Positions 16,981 to 26,746 of a stretch of 33,087 nucleotides of DNA are shown one piece after another. The stretch's first letter is position 1; each line of letters starts with the position of its first letter. The DNA is from a virus (lineage: Duplodnaviria > Caudoviricetes), in the IMG/VR virus record IMGVR_UViG_3300036825_000141, positions 1-33,087 of that record, one strand, 5' to 3'. The translations under genes were made by a program, and so were the position numbers. Under the pieces are notes generated by a model. The model searched no databases and was not told the DNA's origin. It saw only the letters and a program-made list of their open reading frames with translations.

Positions 16981-17440
16981 CCCATTTACTCACCAGTTCG
17001 CCATTGATATACAGCTCAGTCGGACGCGTCACCGGCTCGGGCAAAGGTGGCTCAGGCGCGTAGCTGACGTGAAGCGCGCCGTTTTCATCCCTGACAAGGG
17101 TGCGCTCGGTGAGCTGCAGGCTGATACTGATATCGACGTTGTCCCCGTCGTTCAAATCCATCTGGAAGCGATAGCCCTTTTTGCGCCCCTCATCCGTGGT
17201 GCAGATATCCGGCTGGTTCTCACGCAGCCACGCGACCACCGGCACGAATATCAAATCAGGGTCGCCCACAAAATCACAGACGATCACATTCAGGGTGTAA
17301 ATCTTTTCGTGCGACAGCGAGGCCGTGAGCCGCGCATCGATATTCCCCTCATCGGCAAAGATACGCATCATTTCAGGATTCGTTTTTAACTGCGGCACGG
17401 CATCAGTGAGCGCCCTGCGCAGGCTTTTCATTTTCTGCAT
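16973..17440 (-). CDS. R: Tail completion protein gpR
   Basis: KMKSLRRALTDAVPQL...WLRENQPDI...DISISLQLTER; start placed at ATG 17440 (155 aa). Confidence 0.92.
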   Translation of the reverse strand: MQKMKSLRRALTDAVPQLKTNPEMMRIFADEGNIDARLTASLSHEKIYTLNVIVCDFVGDPDLIFVPVVAWLRENQPDICTTDEGRKKGYRFQMDLNDGDNVDISISLQLTERTLVRDENGALHVSYAPEPPLPEPVTRPTELYINGELVSKWDE

Positions 17441-17693
17441 CGGTTTTGTCCTGACAGTCTTTGATGGTCTCGACCTTGAGCGCACAGGCCGCGAGCGCGT
17501 GCTCCAGCCTGCGGATATCAGCGCTCAGATCGCCGTTAGTTGTGGGTTCGCTTCCCGGCATCGGGCAGAGGCTCACCGTCGGGCAGCTGTTGTAAACAAT
17601 GACCGGCGGAGGCGCAGGCCGTTCGGGTGTGCAACCGGCGCACAGCATCAGGCAAATCAGCGCGATACCAGCGGCGTAATTCCTCGTTTTCAT
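17403..17693 (-). CDS. lysC: o-spanin lipoprotein LysC (Rz1-like)
   Basis: Signal peptide with lipobox (LCAGC), Pro-rich linker, CP..C..P...TNGDL; overlaps lysB and R. Confidence 0.88.
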   Translation of the reverse strand: MKTRNYAAGIALICLMLCAGCTPERPAPPPVIVYNSCPTVSLCPMPGSEPTTNGDLSADIRRLEHALAACALKVETIKDCQDKTDAENEKPAQGAH

Positions 17694-17961
17694 TCAGTAA
17701 CCTTGTGATGGTGTGTTCCCGTCTTGCCGCCAGTTCACCGGCTGCGGTCAGTTCATCAGCGAGCCTGACCTGCGCGCTTTCATTCGCCCTGGCGATGCGT
17801 TGCGACACGGCAAGCTGATTTTTCAGCATGCCGATAGTGGTCTTTTGTTCGCTGGCGATCCGGTTCGCTCGCTCAAATGAGCGGGATAAAGTCGCGTTTT
17901 CGTGGCGCAGCCACAGCACCACGGCGAGCAGCCCGGCCAGCACAATCATCAGCACTTTCAT
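17536..17961 (-). CDS. lysB: i-spanin LysB (Rz-like)
   Basis: N-terminal TM (MKVLMIVLAGLLAVVLWL), coiled coil, LLNENEELRRW..DLPDAVRRLH; start at ATG 17961 (141 aa). Confidence 0.9.
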   Translation of the reverse strand: MKVLMIVLAGLLAVVLWLRHENATLSRSFERANRIASEQKTTIGMLKNQLAVSQRIARANESAQVRLADELTAAGELAARREHTITRLLNENEELRRWYRADLPDAVRRLHTRTACASAGHCLQQLPDGEPLPDAGKRTHN

Positions 17962-18467
17962 GGCATCCCCTTTACGCAGTAAGCCCGTTCCCGCGCGCGG
18001 CGGTTTTCCAGCCCCATGTTTTTGACACCGTTCACGTACACCCAGCGGGTGAGCTGGTCGCACGCCTGCCACCACTGCTGACGTTTGATAAACGAGACCA
18101 GCGTCGAGCGACAGGCGGCGCCGGTGCCGACGTTGAAGGCAAAACTGACCAGTGCGTCATAGACGCGCGGCGGCATCTTCACCGGCACGCAGACCGCGAG
18201 TCGCTGCTCGGTATTGAGCACATCCGCGACGAGGTTCGCCGCCGCCTGTCGCTCGGTGATATCCCCTTTCGGGGTGACACCGGCAGTGTGGCCGATGCCT
18301 GACGTCCACACTCCCGCGCTGCACTGGTAGGGTGTCAGGCGACACCCTTCGAGGTCAGCAATCAGCGCCAGCCCCTCCGGCGAGGTGTTCAGCAGACGAA
18401 AGTCAGGCATCAGTACCGCCAGCGCCAGCACGGCGGCCACACTGCAGCGTTTAATGAATGAACTCAC
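17958..18467 (-). CDS. SAR endolysin, GH24 (T4/P1 Lyz-type) lysozyme
   Basis: Weakly hydrophobic N-terminal SAR segment; catalytic E40-x8-C49-x5-T55; FAFNVG and GLENRR motifs. Confidence 0.9.
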   Translation of the reverse strand: MSSFIKRCSVAAVLALAVLMPDFRLLNTSPEGLALIADLEGCRLTPYQCSAGVWTSGIGHTAGVTPKGDITERQAAANLVADVLNTEQRLAVCVPVKMPPRVYDALVSFAFNVGTGAACRSTLVSFIKRQQWWQACDQLTRWVYVNGVKNMGLENRRARERAYCVKGMP

Positions 18468-18672
18468 GAATTGCCCCCTTATCGAGACCGAGTGAAGTCA
18501 GATAGCGATAGGTTTTGCGCTTAAACCAGAAATTGGTCAGCGCGGTAAAAATGGCGCAGGCACTGCCCACATACAGCGCCAGCTTTTCAGGCGACATCGC
18601 CCCGAAATACGCCAGCCCGACGGCCAGCCAGTAGGCGACAAACGTCGTGATTTTTTCCATGCTCAGTCCCAT
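18451..18672 (-). CDS. Holin, HP1/186 family
   Basis: MEKITTFVAYWL...FTALTNFWFKRK; two hydrophobic segments and basic C-terminus; between X and endolysin. Confidence 0.85.
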   Translation of the reverse strand: MGLSMEKITTFVAYWLAVGLAYFGAMSPEKLALYVGSACAIFTALTNFWFKRKTYRYLTSLGLDKGAIREFIH

Positions 18673-18866
18673 AGATTCACCGTCTCGGTTTTCGGTGCGC
18701 TGTCGGTCTCGGGCAGTTCTATCGCCGTGCCGTGAGGCAGGATGACGCCCAGCTCCGACAGCCCCGGATTCGACTGCAGCACCGTCTCGACCACGCCCTC
18801 CGTGCGCCCGTAATACCGGGCGCAAATCGAGTCGAGGGTGTCGCCCTGCATCGCGTAAACCCTCAT
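18663..18866 (-). CDS. X: Baseplate/tail protein gpX (LysM-like)
   Basis: MRVYAMQGDTLDSICARYYGRTEGVVE...NPGL...VNLWD; 67 aa from ATG 18866. Confidence 0.93.
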   Translation of the reverse strand: MRVYAMQGDTLDSICARYYGRTEGVVETVLQSNPGLSELGVILPHGTAIELPETDSAPKTETVNLWD

Positions 18867-19372
18867 CAGATTTGCCCTACGATGCAGCGCGCTTTGTCCT
18901 GAATACGCGCCACTGACCAGCGCATATCCCGCCACATTTCATCGATGGTGCTGTCGATACTGTCGGCCTTTTTGTCGCCCTTACTGGTCGCATCGACGCC
19001 GCGATAACGCTCATAAAGCGTGGCGGTCGTCATTGAACACACGGCGTTGAAATAGTGGAAACAGCGCACGCTTTCGCCGTCGAGTTCGTCGGTCGGGACA
19101 TCCGCGAGCGTGGTGTAACCGGCGTCAATCTGACGGTCGCGCCAGTCGCGCAGCTCCGCATTGGTTTCGGCGATGGCGGTCTTGATTGCCCGGCGCAGGC
19201 GCACAGGCGAAACGGTCTGCTCAAGGCGCATTTCTTCACGCACGCGCTGCGGATCTACGTCGGGGAAAAAGCCCGTATTTTTAATCAGCGGCTCGCTCAC
19301 GCCCGGTTGTGGTATCACCACGCCCGGCACGTCCTGCGGCGCTGTAGTGGGCTCAATAATTAGTGTCGTCAT
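18866..19372 (-). CDS. L: Head completion/stabilisation protein gpL
   Basis: NTGFFPDVD...AETNAEL...LYERYRGVDAT..GDKKAD. Confidence 0.93.
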   Translation of the reverse strand: MTTLIIEPTTAPQDVPGVVIPQPGVSEPLIKNTGFFPDVDPQRVREEMRLEQTVSPVRLRRAIKTAIAETNAELRDWRDRQIDAGYTTLADVPTDELDGESVRCFHYFNAVCSMTTATLYERYRGVDATSKGDKKADSIDSTIDEMWRDMRWSVARIQDKARCIVGQI

Positions 19373-19471
19373 GACAACCTCGGGTAATAGGTGGGCGGTG
19401 GACGCCGGTCGCAGTCAGGGCAAGTGATACCCGCATTGACCGGCGTGCCGCCCGGCTCGGGGAGCGTTCGG

Positions 19472-20227
19472 TTAACCTGCGGCTTTTGCCGCTTTGGGAG
19501 GACGCCCGCGCCGTGCCGCCGGTTTAGCGGCAGGTTTGCGCGTGCGTGGTTTATTCGTTTTTGGTGCGGGTTCGGGCTTCGGTTTCAGCTGACGCTCAAG
19601 CTGTTCGATATCCTTTTTCACGCCGATGGTGCGCTCCAGCTGAATGGCACGCTGCAGGTGTGCCAGTGCCTCGGGCAACTGGCCTGCGTCGCGCAGCACA
19701 TAGCCGGTGATTTTGTGCAGCTTCGCACGCACGATATCGGGCATGTCCGCACGCTCAGTCAGCGCGAGAGTGTCGAGCAGGTTTGCCAGTTCTACCGGCT
19801 GCTTACCGTCACGCAGGCGCTGTGCGGCAAGGGCCACCTCTTCGGCCAGCAGATACGGCGTGGTGCGGCGGTGGCCGCCGACCGGCATCGTGAGTCCCCA
19901 GGTCATGGCGTAACGGGCGATGTCCAGCGCACCGGCGATATCATCCGCATCGAGACGCCAGAGCATGACGGTCATGACAATGTCATCCTGCGCGCCTTTG
20001 CCGTTCGCGAGGACACCCGCCACCCACGGCAGATAGAACGGCAGCAGCTCGCGCTTTTTGTCTGCCTTACGCTCAGTGGATCGGATTTGTTTTAACGTGC
20101 GACAGTCTGCGGCCAGCTTCACCAGCATCTGCTCATAGGCAGTTGCATTGCGCAGCGGAGCAGCAGCCCGCCGCGCGGTTTCAGAGGCCGAGACCCGCAT
20201 CATGTGAAGCGCTGCGGGGCTCGTCAT
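19472..20227 (-). CDS. M: Terminase endonuclease (small) subunit gpM
   Basis: MTSPAALH...GAQDDIVMTVMLWRLD...DMPDIVRAKLHK...GVKKDI; basic C-tail. Confidence 0.94.
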   Translation of the reverse strand: MTSPAALHMMRVSASETARRAAAPLRNATAYEQMLVKLAADCRTLKQIRSTERKADKKRELLPFYLPWVAGVLANGKGAQDDIVMTVMLWRLDADDIAGALDIARYAMTWGLTMPVGGHRRTTPYLLAEEVALAAQRLRDGKQPVELANLLDTLALTERADMPDIVRAKLHKITGYVLRDAGQLPEALAHLQRAIQLERTIGVKKDIEQLERQLKPKPEPAPKTNKPRTRKPAAKPAARRGRPPKAAKAAG

Positions 20228-20230
20228 GGC

Positions 20231-21325
20231 TTACTCTCCGCTGTTCTGGTCAGCAGGCGCAGCAGCGCTTTCAGGTTCAGCCGGGGCTGCGAATTTGCCG
20301 AGGGTGATGTTTTCAATCAGACCACCGGCGGCATAGGCTTCAACCACGTAATCGACGTTCATCGACTCGTAGTTCTCGATGCGGTCTTTCTTCGGCTCCT
20401 CGATGATGGCGCGGCGGTGTGCGTCATCCATGAAGTAAATGGACAGGTTATCGAGGCGCGTGATCATCAGCGCATTCGCCGGGAAGTACGGCACGCGAAC
20501 AGCGGGAAGGTTGCCGATGCGCTTCTGGCTGATGATGATGTCAGCGGCCAGCGTCTCGCTGTTTTCCTGGGTCTTGTTGACGATCGGGAAATACTTGTCC
20601 GCGAGCAGCTTGCGACCGGTGATAACGACGAGCTCCGGGTCATCCTGATAAATCTCGTCAATCAGGTTAGTAGTGGCATCCATCACCAGCGCATCGAGGT
20701 TTTTGTAGTCACCGTTTTCACCCACGCGGATCACCTCGGAAATGACCGTGCCGTCTTCGCCGGTAATTTTTGACATCACGCGCGCCGGGGCTTCATTGCG
20801 GTACTTCTGCAGCCAGCCGGTGGCGACATCCTGCAGCAGCGGGTTCTGCTTACGGTTGGACGTCGCGGCGCGCTCGATACCGTTGAAACCGGCCATGATG
20901 AAATCAAGCGACTGGCGCTTGATGATCGCGTCACGGATACGGGTCTGGAAGTCCTGGAATCGCGCCCACAGGTCGAGCTGTTTGTAGCGGATATGGAAGT
21001 CGAAGTTAATCTGCGCACACTCGTACTGGTTGGATTCAAGCGCCGTAAAATCAGCGGTCTTACGCTCATTGTCCCCGGCGGTGTCGGTGGTGCTCGCAAT
21101 GGTGCCGTTAACGCCGACACCGACCTTTTCACCTTTCAGCTCATCGACCGGCACGATGTTAATCTGGGTCAGAAACGCTGATGACAGCTGCAGGGTATTC
21201 ATCAGGGTCTGGGTCACAGATGGCTCGACGGTGAATTTCTTCGCCACGTCGTCGGTCTCGACGCCGTTCAGCTCCGCCACGCGGGACAGGTAGGCATTAA
21301 ATTTAAAGCGGGTTTCTTTACGCAT
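20231..21325 (-). CDS. N: Major capsid protein gpN (P2 family)
   Basis: MRKETRFKFNAYL...FTVEPSVTQTL...LDLWARFQDFQ...NPLLQDV..GWLQK. Confidence 0.96.
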   Translation of the reverse strand: MRKETRFKFNAYLSRVAELNGVETDDVAKKFTVEPSVTQTLMNTLQLSSAFLTQINIVPVDELKGEKVGVGVNGTIASTTDTAGDNERKTADFTALESNQYECAQINFDFHIRYKQLDLWARFQDFQTRIRDAIIKRQSLDFIMAGFNGIERAATSNRKQNPLLQDVATGWLQKYRNEAPARVMSKITGEDGTVISEVIRVGENGDYKNLDALVMDATTNLIDEIYQDDPELVVITGRKLLADKYFPIVNKTQENSETLAADIIISQKRIGNLPAVRVPYFPANALMITRLDNLSIYFMDDAHRRAIIEEPKKDRIENYESMNVDYVVEAYAAGGLIENITLGKFAAPAEPESAAAPADQNSGE

Positions 21326-21381
21326 GAGTATTCCTGTTTTTCGAAATAGGTGTCTGGCCGGGCAGCGCGCCCGGCGCGGTA

Positions 21382-22236
21382 TCAGCAGTTGGTCAGCAGC
21401 TCGTCGCCCGTCCCGCCTTTCGAGAGTTCACGGCGCGGCTGGCGCTGGCTTTCGGTGTTATCGAGGGAGCTTTTCAGGGAGGTAAACGCCTGCGCGTTTT
21501 CTTCGGTCTGGCGGGTGACGTCCTGCTGCAACTGCGAAAATGCAGTTTCCATATCAGCCAGGCGCTTTTCGGTGGCGCTCAGGCTGGTCTGCACCTGCTC
21601 AGTAACGGTGGTGACAGCTTCATGCACATCCGCCAGACGCGCGTCATCGCTGACCTGCTTGCGGCTGAAAATGGCTTTGACTTTGTCGGTCAGGCTGTTG
21701 AGCACGGTGTCGGGGACATCCTCGAATTCCAGCTCCGCCAGCGTGGCAACAGCAAACAGGTCATCGGGATGGGCTTTTTTACCGGCGAGCGGGTTCTGCG
21801 TCGCCCGGCTGCAGAATTCGAGGTATTCGGTGCCGAGGCTTGCCGGGTCATCGGTCACCGCCAGACCCACGAGGTAACATTTGCCGCTGTTGGCGAAGTT
21901 CGGGCGGATCTCCATCGAGGTGTAAACCTTCTGACCGGCACGCACCATGCCGACCAGCTCGTCGAGCGGTGCGATTTTGCCAAACAGCGCCTTTTTGCCA
22001 TTCAGGGCCGAGTCATCGCTGATGATCTCCGCTTTCACTTCGGTCACATCGCCATAACGCTTGAGCACGCTGTCGGGCAGAATGCCGCGCAGGTGTTCGA
22101 GGTTAATGCGACAGCCATAGACACGCGGGTCGAAGGTGTCGGCCATGTCCTGAATGTCATCCCCGCTGATGACACGGCCATCGCAGGTGTCGCCCTCGAC
22201 GCCAATGCGAAACCATTTAGAGACTTTCTTTGCCAT
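21382..22236 (-). CDS. O: Capsid scaffolding protein/protease gpO
   Basis: SKWFRIGVEGDTCDGR...INLEH...YLVGLAVTDDPASLGTE...LTNC. Confidence 0.95.
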   Translation of the reverse strand: MAKKVSKWFRIGVEGDTCDGRVISGDDIQDMADTFDPRVYGCRINLEHLRGILPDSVLKRYGDVTEVKAEIISDDSALNGKKALFGKIAPLDELVGMVRAGQKVYTSMEIRPNFANSGKCYLVGLAVTDDPASLGTEYLEFCSRATQNPLAGKKAHPDDLFAVATLAELEFEDVPDTVLNSLTDKVKAIFSRKQVSDDARLADVHEAVTTVTEQVQTSLSATEKRLADMETAFSQLQQDVTRQTEENAQAFTSLKSSLDNTESQRQPRRELSKGGTGDELLTNC

Positions 22237-22314
22237 TGTTCAGGTGTCCTGATGTTGGGTTTTCGGTTCGGGTGTAGTTTCCCGACTCCGCCCCTCATCA
22301 GCCACCGCTTGCAG

Positions 22315-22334
22315 AAGTGCAACCCCTGACACAA
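22315..22334. promoter_or_regulatory. Putative Ogr-binding site of the divergent pO/pP late promoters
   Basis: AAGT-GCAACCCCTGAC-ACAA (TGT-N12-ACT on minus strand) between divergent O and P. Confidence 0.65.
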
Positions 22335-22402
22335 CAGGGGTTTAGCGATAATCCCCGGCCATTTCCTTAGCCTTGCCCCGTATTCACCGACACGAGGCAA
22401 CC

Positions 22403-24172
22403 ATGACCATTTCGACTGACCTCTCCCTGTTACACGACCCGCGACGACAGGCGCGTCTGCTGTTCTGGCAGGGATTTTCTGTGCCACAAATCGCCGACAC
22501 GCTGCAGGTGAAGCGCCCGACGGTGCAGAGCTGGAAACAGCGCGACGGATGGGAAGAAACCGCGCCGCTCAACCGCGTGGAAACGACCCTTGAGGCACGG
22601 CTGATTCAGCTCTACGCCAAGCCAGACCTGACACCGCATGACTTTAAGGTCGCTGATTTCCTGTCGCGCCAGATGGAACGGTTTGCACGCATCAACCGCT
22701 ACGGCCAGACAGGAAATGAAGTGGATTTAAACCCCAATATTGCGAGCCGCAACAAAGGGGATCGCAAAAAGCCGAAACGTAACTATTTCAGCGAGGAGGC
22801 TATCGAGAAGCTGGAAGATATTTTCCTCGACCAGTCATTTGAGTATCAGCTCAACTGGCACAAAGCCGGGTTAGAGCACCGTATCCGCCACATCCTCAAA
22901 TCGCGTCAGATTGGCGCGACGTTTTACTTTGCGCGTGAGTCACTGCTGCGCGCCCTTAAGACCGGGCAAAACCAGATATTTTTGTCGGCGAGTAAGACAC
23001 AGGCGTATGTTTTTCGTAAGTACATCATCGCCTTTGCGCGGCTGGTCGACGTTGACCTGTCGGGCGACCCGATTGTCATTGGTAACAATGGTGCAGAGCT
23101 GATTTTCCTCGGGACTAACTCAAACACCGCACAGAGTCACAACGGCGACCTGTATGTCGATGAAATTTTCTGGATACCCAATTTCCAGCGGCTGCGCAAA
23201 GTCGCCTCGGGGATGGCGTCACAGTCGCACCTGCGCACCACCTATTTCTCGACCCCGTCCACGCTGGCGCACGGCGCGTATCCGTTCTGGTCTGGCGAAC
23301 TGTTTAACCGGGGACGCAGCAGCGCCGCCGACCGGGTCGACATCGATATCAGCCACCAGGCGCTCGCCGGGGGTGTGCTGTGCCCGGATGGACAGTGGCG
23401 GCAAATTGTCACCATCGAGGATGCCCTCGCCGGGGGCTGCACGCTGTTCAATCTGGATCAGCTGAAACAGGAAAACAGCGCCGACGATTTCCGCAATCTG
23501 TTCATGTGCGAGTTCGTTGACGATAAGGCGTCGGTATTCCCGTTCGAGGAGCTGCAGCGCTGCATGGTCGATGCGATGGAGGAGTGGGAGGACTTCGAAC
23601 AATTTGCCGACCGTCCGTTTAACTGGCGTCCGGTCTGGATTGGCTATGACCCGTCACACACCGGCGACAGCGCAGGCTGCGCGGTACTGGCGCCGCCGCT
23701 GGTTGCCGGGGGCAAGTTCCGCATTCTTGAGCGTCACCAGTGGAAAGGGATGGATTTCGCGGCGCAGGCCGAGGCCATCCGCTCACTCACCGAAAAATAC
23801 ACCGTCGACTATATCGGCATCGATGCGACCGGCATCGGCCAGGGTGTTTACCAGCTCGTGCGCTCGTTCTTCCCGGCAGCGCGCGCCATTCGCTACACGC
23901 CTGAAATGAAAACCGCGATGGTGCTGAAAGCGAAAGACACCATCCGCCGCGGGTGTCTGGAATATGACGCCGGTGCGACCGATATCACGCAGTCGTTTAT
24001 GGCGATCCGCAAAACCATGACCAGCAGCGGGCGCAGCTCGACCTATGAAGCGAGTCGCAGCGAGGAAGCCAGCCACGCGGATATCGCGTGGGCGACCATG
24101 CACGCCCTGTTAAACGAACCGCTTTCCGCCGGGAGCGGGATGCACTCAAACTCTATTCTGGAAATTTACTGA
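22403..24172 (+). CDS. P: Terminase ATPase (large) subunit gpP
   Basis: LKSRQIGAT Walker A, LYVDE Walker B, IGYDPS nuclease motif, HADIAWA; start placed at ATG 22403. Confidence 0.96.
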   Translation: MTISTDLSLLHDPRRQARLLFWQGFSVPQIADTLQVKRPTVQSWKQRDGWEETAPLNRVETTLEARLIQLYAKPDLTPHDFKVADFLSRQMERFARINRYGQTGNEVDLNPNIASRNKGDRKKPKRNYFSEEAIEKLEDIFLDQSFEYQLNWHKAGLEHRIRHILKSRQIGATFYFARESLLRALKTGQNQIFLSASKTQAYVFRKYIIAFARLVDVDLSGDPIVIGNNGAELIFLGTNSNTAQSHNGDLYVDEIFWIPNFQRLRKVASGMASQSHLRTTYFSTPSTLAHGAYPFWSGELFNRGRSSAADRVDIDISHQALAGGVLCPDGQWRQIVTIEDALAGGCTLFNLDQLKQENSADDFRNLFMCEFVDDKASVFPFEELQRCMVDAMEEWEDFEQFADRPFNWRPVWIGYDPSHTGDSAGCAVLAPPLVAGGKFRILERHQWKGMDFAAQAEAIRSLTEKYTVDYIGIDATGIGQGVYQLVRSFFPAARAIRYTPEMKTAMVLKAKDTIRRGCLEYDAGATDITQSFMAIRKTMTSSGRSSTYEASRSEEASHADIAWATMHALLNEPLSAGSGMHSNSILEIY

Positions 24173-24173
24173 G

Positions 24174-25190
24174 ATGGCAAAGCCAAAATTCAAACCGACA
24201 AAGCAGACCACCAGCGCACCGCAAAAAATGGAGGCGTTCACCTTTGGTGAGCCTTCCGCCGTCATGGATCGCCGCGACATCCTCGACTATGTCGAGTGTA
24301 TTCATAACGGGAAATGGTACGAGCCACCGGTCAACTTCTCGGGGCTGGCGAAAAGCCTGCGCGCCGCCGTGCACCACAGCTCGCCGATTTACGTCAAACG
24401 TAACATTCTGACGAGCACCTACATCCCGCACCCGTTGCTGTCGCGTCAGGATTTCAGCCGCCTCGTGCTCGATTATCTGGTCTTTGCCAACGGCTATCTT
24501 GAAAAGCGCATGAGCGTCACCGGCCAGCTAATGAAGCTGGAAACTTCGCCTGCGAAATACACCCGACGCGGCGTCGAGGATGGCGTTTACTGGTATGTGT
24601 CGAGCTTCACGCACCCGCACGAGTTTGCGCCTGGCTCGGTGTTCCACATGCTTGAGCCTGACATCAATCAGGAGCTTTATGGGATGCCGGAATACCTGAG
24701 CGCACTCAACTCCGCCTGGCTGAATGAATCTGCAACGCTATTTCGTCGCAAGTATTACCAGAACGGCGCGCACGCGGGTTACATCATGTACGTCACCGAC
24801 GCTGCGCAAAGCAGTACCGACGTGGAATCACTGCGTGATGCGATGCGAAATTCAAAGGGGCTCGGGAATTTCAAAAACCTGTTTTTCTACGCCCCCAACG
24901 GGAAACCGGACGGCATCAAGATTGTCCCGCTGAGTGAAGTCGCCACGAAAGATGACTTTTTCAATATCAAAAAGGTGAGCGCCGCTGACCTGCTCGATGC
25001 GCACCGCGTGCCGTTCCAGCTGATGGGCGGAAAGCCCGAGAATATTGGCTCAATGGGGGATGTCGAGAAAGTGGCGCGGGTGTTTGTGCGTAACGAGCTG
25101 ACGCCGCTGCAGGAGCGATTTAAAGAGATCAATGACTGGCTCGGAATGGAGGTGATCCGCTTTAAAGATTACAGCCTCGATTCAGAATAA
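24174..25190 (+). CDS. Q: Portal protein gpQ (PBSX family)
   Basis: EAFTFGEP...WYEPP...HHSSPIYVKRN...YYQNGAHAG...HRVPFQLMG. Confidence 0.96.
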   Translation: MAKPKFKPTKQTTSAPQKMEAFTFGEPSAVMDRRDILDYVECIHNGKWYEPPVNFSGLAKSLRAAVHHSSPIYVKRNILTSTYIPHPLLSRQDFSRLVLDYLVFANGYLEKRMSVTGQLMKLETSPAKYTRRGVEDGVYWYVSSFTHPHEFAPGSVFHMLEPDINQELYGMPEYLSALNSAWLNESATLFRRKYYQNGAHAGYIMYVTDAAQSSTDVESLRDAMRNSKGLGNFKNLFFYAPNGKPDGIKIVPLSEVATKDDFFNIKKVSAADLLDAHRVPFQLMGGKPENIGSMGDVEKVARVFVRNELTPLQERFKEINDWLGMEVIRFKDYSLDSE

Positions 25191-25201
25191 ATTCCCCAAA
25201 A

Positions 25202-25221
25202 ATGCCGCCTCCGGGCGGTAT
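25202..25221 (+). terminator. Hairpin after Q (possible terminator)
   Basis: ATGCCGCC-TCCG-GGCGGTAT stem-loop just after Q stop; U-tract weak on + strand. Confidence 0.4.
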
Positions 25222-25357
25222 CATCACCGACCGTCTCAGACGCCCCACACGCCACGCAACTACCGACAGAACATCATCGCAGACAAACGAAGCGACAGCG
25301 CCGCCACGACGCCCACAGACGCATAAAATTAAATGCTGCCACCGACGCTGGCGCGCA

Positions 25358-25376
25358 ATGCTTTCCCCGCCACGCC
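25358..25376 (-). other. cos site, 19-nt cohesive end (phage 186 type)
   Basis: Minus strand GGCGTGGCGGGGAAAGCAT; P2 cos is GGCGAGGCGGGGAAAGCAC; located downstream of Q as expected. Confidence 0.92.
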
Positions 25377-25680
25377 TGCCCGCTTAAGAGATCGGTTTTA
25401 ATGCAATCGCATAAGCCCGAACGAGCAGTGTTAGTAGTAGACTTGTGTAGTTTAAAACCATTCGTGAAACTAATGCATTTTCATGCGCACAAAGTCATAA
25501 ATTTTAATTTTGAAAAATCAGAAAAAAGCAATATCCTAAATCTCATCTAATCTTCATACAAAGTACGTTTTTCCTGTTTTAACAGTAAATAACGTAGGTT
25601 GCCACACAACAATCATTTAAGTGGCAAAACTAAAAACCCATCAACTTATTGTTTTTTTTGCTCAGTGAGGAGCTTAAGTA

Positions 25681-26742
25681 ATGAGCACACAGCAGATTCT
25701 CAACATTCCAACCTCGACCCCACAAGCCACAATAGATCTGGTATTCAAAGGGTTAGAGCAAACAAACGAATTAGCATACTTTCGAAGAGTAGCTGGACGT
25801 CATGGTTTTGAGGTTAAAACAAGATGGTCGAGTACGTTTGATAGCATTCAAAAAACGCTAGATGACCCATCGAAACAGACCACGTCGGCTAATTTTTCGA
25901 ATCTTCGGTTAATTACATTAAAAATAATCACAAGTGCAAATCATTACTATACTATTGATTATATCAAAGGTGGTAACTTGCATCTGATTCCAAATATACT
26001 GTCCTACACTAACTTCCCCCCCGTTTTCCATAATGCTTTTCCATCCAAGTTAGAGGCAGACAATGGTTTACCATTAACTCCTGGACACTTTATAACCAGC
26101 GTAGAAAAAATGGGGGATGGGATTGCTATTATTTATTCCTATGTAATTCTTAAAAAGATTACAGGTCAAAGAAAAATGGCAAGCAATCAGTATCCCGAGC
26201 AATATTTCAATACTGTTTTCATTCCAAATGATTTAAGTCGAATTGAGTATCGGGTCGACAAAAAACTAGGCAAACGTTTATCTGAAAAAGCCATGTCAGG
26301 ACTTCGCAATGAATTCATGGACCTTATTGTTCAATTAAACCTAGGATTAACTCTCGAAACCGTTAACTTCTACAAAGCCATAAATAATATTTATAATGAT
26401 AAAGGTTATGGACGATTAGTGCAGGTTGATTTTCTCGATCCAAATGGTGATGAAGATGTCGTATTACGTTGCAGAACCGACCCTAACTACGATGCAAGAT
26501 ATCGTGAAGTTGTGTCTAAAACGGCTAGTGGAAAATCTAAGGCACTAAATCTTGAAGTTGCAGGTTTAGCGGCTAGGTTAGACTCAACGGTCCAAAAAGA
26601 AGATATATCTAATGAAATAGGATTTGAACCTAACAAAACAGACTGGTCAGTTAAATTCTGTGGTGGTTTTTATTTCACTCAAGCTTCAGACCACCAAGCT
26701 CATTATGGGGTTATCAATGACATTCTCACAAGAGCGGTTTGA
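25681..26742 (+). CDS. Hypothetical protein, gene 1 of three-gene hotspot operon (353 aa)
   Basis: AT-rich long ORF with GAGGAG RBS; no motif recognised. Confidence 0.8.
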   Translation: MSTQQILNIPTSTPQATIDLVFKGLEQTNELAYFRRVAGRHGFEVKTRWSSTFDSIQKTLDDPSKQTTSANFSNLRLITLKIITSANHYYTIDYIKGGNLHLIPNILSYTNFPPVFHNAFPSKLEADNGLPLTPGHFITSVEKMGDGIAIIYSYVILKKITGQRKMASNQYPEQYFNTVFIPNDLSRIEYRVDKKLGKRLSEKAMSGLRNEFMDLIVQLNLGLTLETVNFYKAINNIYNDKGYGRLVQVDFLDPNGDEDVVLRCRTDPNYDARYREVVSKTASGKSKALNLEVAGLAARLDSTVQKEDISNEIGFEPNKTDWSVKFCGGFYFTQASDHQAHYGVINDILTRAV

Positions 26743-26746
26743 TAAA

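Noticed and set aside
18658-18672. Two Met codons at holin start (MGLSM) as a lambda S-type dual-start motif
   Set aside because: No positively charged residue between the starts; no evidence beyond two ATGs.
21622-22329. 235-aa + strand ORF (and similar shadows at 1698-2336, 16775-17389, 19391-20095)
   Set aside because: Fully overlap conserved structural genes on the opposite strand; explained by codon bias.
25399-25412. Short AATGCAA / TTGCATT match between cos side and A side of the hotspot as cassette-flanking inverted repeat
   Set aside because: Only 7 bp in AT-rich DNA; expected by chance.
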